DNA of 64,000 nt, from NCBI RefSeq assembly GCF_009914755.1, contig NC_060943.1; one strand, given 5' to 3'. The position numbers and the translations under genes are program-made. Of this stretch, positions 12,801 to 23,039 are shown piece after piece (the stretch's first letter is position 1; the number at the start of each line of letters is the position of its first letter). The stretch comes from the human T2T-CHM13v2.0 reference genome, Homo sapiens. The notes beneath the pieces are model-generated. The model worked only from the letters and a program-made list of their open reading frames with translations. It was not told the DNA's origin and made no database searches.

Positions 12801-15199
12801 TTTGTGTTGTGTGTATTCAACTCACAGAGTTGAACGATCCTTTACACAGAGCAGACTTGAAACACTCTTTTTGTGGAATTTGCAAGTGGAGATTTCAGCC
12901 GCTTTGAGGTCAATGGTAGAATAGGAAATATCTTCCTATAGAAACTAGACAGAATGATTCTCAGAAACTCCTTTGTGATGTGTGCGTTCAACTCACAGAG
13001 TTTAACCTTTCTTTTCATAGAGCAGTTAGGAAACACTCTGTTTGTAAAGTCTGCACTTGGACATTTGGACTTCTTTGAGGCCTTCGTTGGAAACGGGTTT
13101 TTTCATGTAAGGCTAGACAGAAGAATTCTCAGTAACTTCCTTGTGTTGTGTGTATTCAACTCACAGAGTTGAACTTTCATTTAGAGAGAGCAGATTTGAA
13201 ACACTGTTTTTGTGGAATTTCCAAGTGGAGATTTCAAGCGCTTTGGGGCCAAAGGCAGAAAAGGAAATATCTTCGTATAAAAACTAGACAGAATCATTCT
13301 CAGAAACCGCTCTGTGATGTGTGCGTTCAACTCTCAGAGTTTAACTTTTCTTTTCATTCAGCAGTTTGGAAACACTCTGTTTGTAAAGTCTGCACGTGGA
13401 TATTTTGACCACTTAGAGGCCTTCGTTGGAAACGGGTTTTTTTCATATAAGGCTAGACAGAAGAATTCCCAGTAACTTCCTTGTGTTGTGTGCATTCAAC
13501 TCACAGAGATGAACGTTCCCTTAGACAGAGCAGATTTGAAACACTCTATTTGTGCAATTTGCAAGTGTAGATTTCAAGCGCTTTAAGGTCAATGGCAGAA
13601 AAGGAAATATCTTCGTTTCAAAACTAGACAGAATCATTCCCACAAACTGCGTTGTGATGTGTTCGTTCAACTCACAGAGTTTAACCTTTCTGTTCATAGA
13701 GCAGTTAGGAAACACTCTGTTTGTAAAGTCTGTAAGTGGATATTCTGACATCTTGTGGCCTTCGTTGGAAACGGGATTTCTTCATATTCTGCTAGACAGA
13801 AGAATTCTCAGTAACTTCTTTGTGTTGTGTGTATTCAACTCACAGAGTTGAACGATCCTTTACACAGAGCCGACTTGAAACACTCTTTTTTTGGAATTTG
13901 CAAGTGGAGATTTCAGCCGCTTTGAGGTCAATGGTAGAATAGGAAATATCTTCCTATAGAAACTAGACAGAATGATTCTCAGAAACTCCTTTGTGATGTG
14001 TGCTTTCAACTCACAGAGTTTAACCTTTCTTTTCATAGAGCAGTTAGGAAACACTCTGGTTGTAAATTCTGCAAGTGGATATTAAGACCTCTTTGAGGCC
14101 TTCGTTGGAAACTGGATTTCTTCATATTCTGCTAGACAGAAGAATTCTCAGTAACTTCCTTGTGTTGTGTGAATTCAACTCACAGAGTTGAACGATCCTT
14201 TACACAGAGCAGTCTTGAAACACTCTTTTTGTGGAATTTGCAAGTGGAGATTTCTGCCGCTTTGAGGTCAATGGTAGAATAGGAAATATCTTCCTATAGA
14301 AACTAGACAGAATGATTCTCAGAAACTCCTTTGTGATGTGGGCGTTCAACTCACAGAGTTTAACCTTTCTTTTCATAGAGCAGTTAGGAAACACTCTGTT
14401 TGTAAAGTCTGCACGTGGATACTTGGACTTCTTTGAGGCCTTCGTTGGAAACGGGTTTTTTTCATGTAAGGCTGGACAGAAGAATTCTCAGTAACTTCCT
14501 TGTGTTGTGTGTATTCAACTGACAGAGTTGAACTTTGATTTAGAGAGAGCAGATTTGAAACACTGTTTTTGTGGAATTTGCAAGTGGAGATTTCAAGCGC
14601 TTTGGGGCCAAAGGCAGAAAAGGAAATATCTTCGTATAAAAACTAGACAGAATCATTCTCAGAAACCGCTCTGTGATGTGTGCGTTCAACTCTCAGAGTT
14701 TAACTTTTCTTTTCATTCAGCAGTTTGGAAACACTCTGTTTGTAAAGTCTGCACGTGGATATTTTGACCACTTAGAGGCCTTCGTTGGAGACGGCTTTTT
14801 TTCATGTAAGGCTAGACAGAAGAATTCCCAGTAACTTCCTTGTGTTGTGTGCATTCAACTCACAGAGATGAACGTTCCCTTAGACAGAGCAGATTTGAAA
14901 CACTCTATTTGTGCAATTTGCAAGTGTAGATTTCAAGCGCTTTAAGGTCAGTGTCAGAAAAGGAAATATCTTCGTTTCAAAACTAGACAGAATCATTCCC
15001 ACAAACTGCGTTGTGATGTGTTCGTTCAACTCACAGGGTTTAACCTTTCTATTCATAGAGCAGTTAGGAAACACTCTGTTTGTAAAGTCTGTAAGTGGAT
15101 ATTCTGACATCTTGTGGCCTTCGTTGGAAACGGGATTTCTTCACATTCTGCTAGACAGAAGAATTCTCAGTAACTTCTTTGTGTTGTGTGTATTCAACT

Positions 15200-18100
15200 C
15201 ACAGAGTTGAACGATCCTTTACACAGAGCCGACTTGAAACACTCTTTTTGTGCAATTTGCAAGTGGAGATTTCAGCCGCTTTGAGGTCAATGGTAGAATA
15301 GGAAATATCTTCCTATAGAAACTAGACAGAAAGATTCTCAGAAACTCCTTTGTGATGTGTGCGTTCAACTCACAGAGTTTAACCTTTCTTTTCATAGAGC
15401 AGTTAGGAAACACTCTGTTTGTAAAGTCTGCAAGTGGATATTAAGACCTCCTTGAGGCCTTCGTTGGAAACGGGATTTCTTCATATTCTGCTAGACAGAA
15501 GAATTCTCAGTAACTTCCTTGTGTTGTGTGTATTCAACTCACAGAGTTGAACGATCCTTTACACAGAGCAGTCTTGAAACACTCTTTTTGTGGAATTTGC
15601 AAGTGGAGATTTCTGCCGCTTTGAGGTCAATGGTAGAATAGGAAATATCTTCCTATAGAAACTAGACAGAATGATTCTCAGAAACTCCTTTGTGATGTGT
15701 GCGTTCAACTCACAGAGTTTAACCTTTCTTTTCATAGAGCAGTTAGGAAACACTCTGTTTGTAAAGTCTGCACGTGGATATTTGGACTTCTTTGAGGCCT
15801 TCGTTGGAAACGGGTTTTTTTCATGTAAGGCTAGACGGAGGAATTCTCAGTAACTTCCTTGTGTTGTGTGTATTCAACTGACAGAGTTGAACTTTCATTT
15901 AGAGAGAGGAGATTTGAAACACTGTTTTTGTGGAATTTGCAAGTTTAGATTTCAAGCGCTTTGGGGCCAAAGGCAGAAAAGGAAATATCTTCGTATAAAA
16001 ACTAGACAGAATCATTCTCAGAAACTGCTCTGTGATGTGTGCGTTCAACTCTCAGAGTTTAACTTTTCTTTTCATTCAGCAGTTTGGAAACACTCTGTTT
16101 GTAAAGTCTGCACGTGGATATTTTGACTACTTAGAGGCCTTCGTTGGAAACGGGTTTTTTTCATGTAAGGCTAGACAGAAGAATTCCCAGTAACTTCCTT
16201 GTGTTGTGTGCATTCAACTCACAGAGATGAACGTTCCCTTAGACAGAGCAGATTTGAAACACTCTATTTGTGCAATTTGCAAGTGTAGATTTCAAGCGCT
16301 TTAAGGTCAATGGCAGAAAAGGAAATATCTTCGTTTCAAAACTAGACAGAATCATTCCCACAAACTGCGTTGTGATGTGTTCGTTCAACTCACAGAGATT
16401 AACCTTTCTGTTCATAGAGCAGTGAGGAAACACTCTGTTTGTAAAGTCTGTAAGTGGATATTCTGACATCTTGTGGCCTTCGTTGGAAACGGGATTTCTT
16501 CATATTCTGCTAGACAGAAGAATTCTCAGTAACTTCTTTGTGTTGTGTGTATTCAACTCACAGAGTTGAACGATCCTTTACACAGAGCAGACTTGAAACA
16601 CTCTTTTTGTGGAATTTGCAAGTGGAGATTTCAGCCGCTTTGAGGTCAATGGTAGAATAGGAAATATCTTCCTATAGAAACTAGACAGAATGATTCTCAA
16701 AAACTCCTTTGTGAGGTGTGCGTTCAACTCACAGAGTTTAACCTTTCTTTTCATAGAGCAGTTAGGAAACACTCTGTTTGTAAAGTCTGCACGTGGATAT
16801 TTGGACTTCTTTGAGGCCTTCGTTGGAAACGGGTTTTTTTCATGTAAGGCTAGACAGAAGAATTCTCAGTAACTTCCTTGTGTTGTGTGTATTCAACTCA
16901 CAGAGTTGAACTTTCATTTAGAGAGAGCAGATTTGAAACATTGTTTCTGTGGAATTTCCAAGTGGAGATTTCAAGCGCTTTGGGGCCAAAGGCAGAAAAG
17001 GAAATATCTTCGTATAAAAACTAGACAGAATCATTCTCAGAAACCGCTCTGTGATGTGTGCGTTCAACTCTCAGAGTTTAACCTTTCTTTTCATAGAGCA
17101 GTTAGGAAACACTCTGTTTGTAAAGTCTGCACGTGGATATTTTGACCACTTAGAGGCCTTCGTTGGAAACGGGTTTTTTTCATGTAAGGCTAGACAGAAG
17201 AATTCCCAGTAACTTCCTTGTGTTGTGTGCATTCAACTCACAGAGATGAACGTTCCCTTAGACAGAGCAGATTTGAAACACTCTATTTGTGCAATTTGCA
17301 AGTGTAGATTTCAAGCGCTTTAAGGTCAATGGCAGAAAAGGAAATATCTTCGTTTCAAAACTAGACAGAATCATTCCCACAAACTGCGTTGTGATGTGTT
17401 CGTTCAACTCACAGAGATTAACCTTTCTGTTCATAGAGCAGTGAGGAAACACTCTGTTTGTAAAGTCTGTAAGTGGATATTCTGACATCTTGTGGCCTTC
17501 GTTGGAAACGGGATTTCTTCATATTCTGCTAGACAGAAGAATTCTCAGTAACTTCTTTGTGTTGTGTGTATTCAACTCACAGAGTTGAACGATCCTTTAC
17601 ACAGAGCCGACTTGAAACACTCTTTTTGTGCAATTTGCAAGTGGAGATTTCAGCCGCTTTGAGGTCAATGGTAGAATAGGAAATATCTTCCTATAGAAAC
17701 TAGACAGAAAGATTCTCAGAAACTCCTTTGTGATGTGTGCGTTCAACTCACAGAGTTTAACCTTTCTTTTCATAGAGCAGTTAGGAAACACTCTGTTTGT
17801 AAAGTCTGCAAGTGGATATTAAGACCTCCTTGAGGCCTTCGTTGGAAACGGGATTTCTTCATATTCTGCTAGACAGAAGAATTCTCAGTAACTTCCTTGT
17901 GTTGTGTGTATTCAACTCACAGAGTTGAACGATCCTTTACACAGAGCAGTCTTGAAACACTCTTTTTGTGGAATTTGCAAGTGGAGATTTCTGCCGCTTT
18001 GAGGTCAATGGTAGAATAGGAAATATCTTCCTATAGAAACTAGACAGAATGATTCTCAGAAACTCCTTTGTGATGTGTGCGTTCAACTCACAGAGTTTAA

Positions 18101-18530
18101 CCTTTCTTTTCATAGAGCAGTTAGGAAACACTCTGTTTGTAAAGTCTGCACGTGGATATTTGGACTTCTTTGAGGCCTTCGTTGGAAACGGGTTTTTTTC
18201 ATGTAAGGCTAGACGGAGGAATTCTCAGTAACTTCCTTGTGTTGTGTGTATTCAACTGACAGAGTTGAACTTTCATTTAGAGAGAGGAGATTTGAAACAC
18301 TGTTTTTGTGGAATTTGCAAGTTTAGATTTCAAGCGCTTTGGGGCCAAAGGCAGAAAAGGAAATATCTTCGTATAAAAACTAGACAGAATCATTCTCAGA
18401 AACTGCTCTGTGATGTGTGCGTTCAACTCTCAGAGTTTAACTTTTCTTTTCATTCAGCAGTTTGGAAACACTCTGTTTGTAAAGTCTGCACGTGGATATT
18501 TTGACCACTTAGAGGCCTTCGTTGGAAACG
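15200..18530 (+). repeat. 2378 bp (14-monomer) repeat unit, about 1.4 copies
   Basis: ORF offsets 15219->17597, 15671->18049, 15866->18244. Shared markers GAGCCGACTT, TGTGCAATTT and CAGAAAGATTCTC. Confidence 0.85.
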
Positions 18531-18833
18531 GGTTTTTTTCATGTAAGGCTAGACAGAAGAATTCCCAGTAACTTCCTTGTGTTGTGTGCATTCAACTCAC
18601 AGAGATGAACGTTCCCTTAGACAGAGCAGATTTGAAACACTCTATTTGTGCAATTTGCAAGTGTAGATTTCAAGCGCTTTAAGGTCAATGGCAGAAAAGG
18701 AAATATCTTCGTTTCAAAAGTAGACAGAATCATTCCCACAAACTGCGTTGTGATGTGTTCGTTCAACTCACAGAGTTTAACCTTTCTGTTCATAGAGCAG
18801 TTAGGAAACACTCTGTTTGTAAAGTCTGTAAGA

Positions 18834-21800
18834 GGATATTCTGACATCTTGTGGCCTTCGTTGGAAACGGGATTTCTTCATATTCTGCTAGACAGAAGAA
18901 TTCTCAGTAACTTCTTTGTGTTGTGTGTATTCAACTCACAGAGTTGAACGATCCTTTACACAGAGCAGACTTGAAACACTCTTTTTGTGGAATTTGCAAG
19001 TGGAGATTTCAGCCGCTTTGAGGTCAATGGTAGAATAGGAAATATCTTCCTATAGAAACTAGACAGAATGATTCTCAGAAACTCCTTTGTGATGTGTGCG
19101 TTCAACTCACAGAGTTTAACCTTTCTTTTCAAAGAGCAGTTAGGAAACACTCTGTTTGTAAAGTCTGCAAGTGGATATTAAGACCTCTTTGAGGCCTTCG
19201 TTGGAAACGGGATTTCTTCATATTCTGCTAGACAGAAGAATTCTCAGTAACTTCTTTGTGTTGTGTGTATTCAACTCACAGAGTTGAACGATCCTTTACA
19301 CAGAGCAGTCTTGAAACACTCTTTTTGTGGAATTTGCAAGTGGAGATTTCTGCCGCTTTGAGGTCAATGGTAGAATAGGAAATATCTTCCTTTAGAAACT
19401 AGACAGAATGATTCTCAGAAACTCCTTTGTGATGTGGGCGTTCAACACACAGAGTTTAACCTTTCTTTTCATAGAGCAGTTAGGAAACAGTCTGTTTGTA
19501 AAGTCTGCACGTGGATATTTGGACTTCTTTGAGGCCTTCGTTGGAAACGGGTTTTTTTCATGTAAGGCTAGACGGAGGAATTCTCAGTAACTTCCTTGTG
19601 TTGTGTGTATTCAACTGACAGAGTTGAACTTTCATTTAGAGAGAGCAGATTTGAAACACTGTTTTTGTGAAATTTGCAAGTGGAGATTTCAAGCGCTTTG
19701 GGGCCAAAGGCAGAAAAGGAAATATCTTCGTATAAAAACTAGACAGAATCATTCTCAGAAACCGCTCTGTGATGTGTGCGTTCAACTCTCAGAGTTTAAC
19801 TTTTCTTTTCATTCAGCAGTTTGGAAACACTCTGTTTGTAAAGTCTGCATGTGGATATTTTGACCACTTAGTGGCCTTCGTTGGAAACGGGTTTTTTTTC
19901 ATGTAAGGCTAGACAGAAGCATTCCCAGTAACTTCCTTGTGTTGTGTGCATTCAACTCACAGAGATGAACGTTCCCTTAGACAGAGCAGATTTGAAACAC
20001 TCTATTTGTGCAATTTGCAAGTGTAGATTTCAAGCGCTTTAAGGTCAATGGCAGAAAAGGAAATATCTTCGTTTCAAAACTAGACAGAATCATTCCCACA
20101 AACTGCGTTGTGATGTGTTCGTTCAACTCACAGAGTTTAACCTTTCTGTTCATAGAGCAGTTAGGAAACACTCTGTTTGTAAAGTCTGTAAGTGGATATT
20201 CTGACATCTTGTGGCCTTCGTTGGAAACGGGATTTCTTCATATTCTGCTAGACAGAAGAATTCTCAGTAACTTCTTTGTGTTGTGTGTATTCAACTCACA
20301 GAGTTGAACGATCCTTTACACAGAGCAGACTTGAAACACTCTTTTTGTGGAATTTGCAAGTGGAGATTTCAGCCGCTTTGAGGTCAATGGTAGAATAGGA
20401 AATATCTTCCTATAGAAACTAGACAGAATGATTCTCAGAAACTCCTTTGTGATGTGTGCGTTCAACTCACAGAGTTTAACCTTTCTTTTCAAAGAGCAGT
20501 TAGGAAACACTCTGTTTGTAAAGTCTGCAAGTGGATATTAAGACCTCTTTGAGGCCTTCGTTGGAAACGGGATTTCTTCATATTCTGCTAGACAGAAGAA
20601 TTCTCAGTAACTTCTTTGTGTTGTGTGTATTCAACTCACAGAGTTGAACGATCCTTTACACAGAGCAGTCTTGAAACACTCTTTTTGTGGAATTTGCAAG
20701 TGGAGATTTCTGCCGCTTTGAGGTCAATGGTAGAATAGGAAATATCTTCCTTTAGAAACTAGACAGAATGATTCTCAGAAACTCCTTTGTGATGTGGGCG
20801 TTCAACACACAGAGTTTAACCTTTCTTTTCATAGAGCAGTTAGGAAACAGTCTGTTTGTAAAGTCTGCACGTGGATATTTGGACTTCTTTGAGGCCTTCG
20901 TTGGAAACGGGTTTTTTTCATGTAAGGCTAGACGGAGGAATTCTCAGTAACTTCCTTGTGTTGTGTGTATTCAACTGACAGAGTTGAACTTTCATTTAGA
21001 GAGAGCAGATTTGAAACACTGTTTTTGTGAAATTTGCAAGTGGAGATTTCAAGCGCTTTGGGGCCAAAGGCAGAAAAGGAAATATCTTCGTATAAAAACT
21101 AGACAGAATCATTCTCAGAAACCGCTCTGTGATGTGTGCGTTCAACTCTCAGAGTTTAACTTTTCTTTTCATTCAGCAGTTTGGAAACACTCTGTTTGTA
21201 AAGTCTGCATGTGGATATTTTGACCACTTAGTGGCCTTCGTTGGAAACGGGTTTTTTTTCATGTAAGGCTAGACAGAAGCATTCCCAGTAACTTCCTTGT
21301 GTTGTGTGCATTCAACTCACAGAGATGAACGTTCCCTTAGACAGAGCAGATTTGAAACACTCTATTTGTGCAATTTGCAAGTGTAGATTTCAAGCGCTTT
21401 AAGGTCAATGGCAGAAAAGGAAATATCTTCGTTTCAAAACTAGACAGAATCATTCCCACAAACTGCGTTGTGATGTGTTCGTTCAACTCACAGAGTTTAA
21501 CCTTTCTGTTCATAGAGCAGTTAGGAAACACTCTGTTTGTAAAGTCTGTAAGTGGATATTCTGACATCTTGTGGCCTTCGTTGGAAACGGGATTTCTTCA
21601 TATTCTGCTAGACAGAAGAATTCTCAGTAACTTCTTTGTGTTGTGTGTATTCAACTCACAGAGTTGAACGATCCTTTACACAGAGCAGACTTGAAACACT
21701 CTTTTTGTGGAATTTGCAAGTGGAGATTTCAGCCGCTTTGAGGTCAATGGTAGAATAGGAAATATCTTCCTATAGAAACTAGACAGAATGATTCTCAGAA

Positions 21801-21851
21801 ACTCCTTTGTGATGTGTGCGTTCAACTCACAGAGTTTAACCTTTCTTTTCA
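18834..21851 (+). repeat. 1360 bp (8-monomer; hexamer + dimer) tandem duplication, about 2.2 copies
   Basis: ORF offsets 18956->20316, 19408->20768, 19603->20963. Shared private variants TTCAAAGAGC, CCTTTAGAAA, CAACACACAG, GTGAAATT, TTAGTGGCC, AGAAGCATT. Confidence 0.93.
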
Positions 21852-23039
21852 TAGAGCAGTTAGGAAACACTCTGTTTGTAAAGTCTGCAAGTGGATATTC
21901 AGACCTCTTTGAGGCCTTCGTTGGAAACGGGATTTCTTCATATTCTGCTAGACAGAAGAATTCTCAGTAACTTCCTTGTGTTGTGTGTATTCAACTCACA
22001 GAGTTGAACGATCCTTTACACAGAGCAGTCTTGAAACACTCTTTTTGTGGAATTTGCAAGTGGAGATTTCTGCCGTTTTGAGGTCAATGGTAGAATAGGA
22101 AATATCTTCCTATAGAAACTAGACAGAATGATTCTCAGAAACTCCTTTGTGATGTGGGCGTTCAACTCACAGAGTTTAACCTTTCTTTTCATAGAGCAGT
22201 TAGGAAACACTCTGTTTGTAAAGTCTGCACGTGGATATTTGGACTTCTTTGAGGCCTTCGTTGGAAACGGTTTTTTTTCATGTAAGGCTAGACAGAGGAA
22301 TTCTCAGTAACTTCCTTGTGTTGTGTGTATTCAACTGACAGAGTTGAACTTTCATTTAGAGAGAGCAGATTTGAAACACTGTTTTTGTGGAATTTGCAAG
22401 TGGAGATTTCAAGCGCTTTGGGGACAAAGGCAGAAAAGGAAATATCTCCGTATAAAAACTAGACAGAGTCATTCTCAGAAACTGCTCTGTGATGTGTGCG
22501 TTCAACTGTCATAGTTTAACTTTTCTTTTCATTCAGCAGTTTGGAAACACTCTGTTTGTAAAGTTTGCACGTGGACATTGTGACCACTTAGAGGCCTTTG
22601 TTGGAAACGGGTTTTTTTCATGAAAGGCTAGACAGAAGAATTCCCAGTAACTTCCTTGTGTTCTGTGCACTCAACTCACAGAGATGAACGTTCCCTTAGA
22701 CAGAGCAGATTTGAAACACTCTATTTGTGCAATTTGCAAGTGTAGATTTCAAGCGCTTTAAGGTCAATGGCAGAAAAGGAAATATTTTCGTTTCAAAACT
22801 AGACAGAATCATTGTCACAAACTGCGTTGTGATGTGTTCGTTCAACTCACAGAGTTTAACCTTTCTTTTCATAGAGCAGTTAGGAAACACTCTGTTTGTA
22901 AAGTCTGCAAGTGGATATTCAGACATCTTTGAGGCTTTCTTTGGAAACGGGATTTCTTCATATTCTTCTAGACAGAAGAATTCTCAGAAACTTCCTTGTG
23001 TTGTGTGTTTTCAACTCACAGAGTTGAACGATCCTTTAC

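Larger units (their letters stand above)
1..13050 (+). repeat. 5433 bp (32-monomer) super-HOR, about 2.4 tandem copies (1-5433, 5434-10866, 10867-~13050)
   Basis: Identical ORF translations recur at +5433 (52/5485/10918, 2291/7724, 4126/9559). Private variants recur at the same offset, e.g. GACGGAGGAATTC, AAAAGTAGAC, GCACTTGGACAT, CAGAACATAC. Confidence 0.95.
1..22900 (+). repeat. Homogeneous HOR domain: ~1018-1020 bp hexamers (dimers A-B-C) interspersed with free 340 bp dimers (D); resembles the chr1/5/19 SF1 HOR (D1Z7/D5Z2/D19Z3)
   Basis: Three dimer types recur: A (GCACGTGGATATTTGGACTTC), B (CTTTCATTTAGAGAGAG...GGGGCCAAAGG), C (GTTCCCTTAGAC...CATTCCCACAAACTGCG). ORF offsets 52->1070 (1018) and 3107->4126 (1019). 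The structure is seen directly; the family name is from recall. Confidence 0.85.

Noticed and set aside
1-22900. Assignment to a specific chromosome (1, 5 or 19) or to the kinetochore site
   Set aside because: These chromosomes share the HOR family, so assignment needs alignment. CENP-A position is epigenetic and not readable from sequence.
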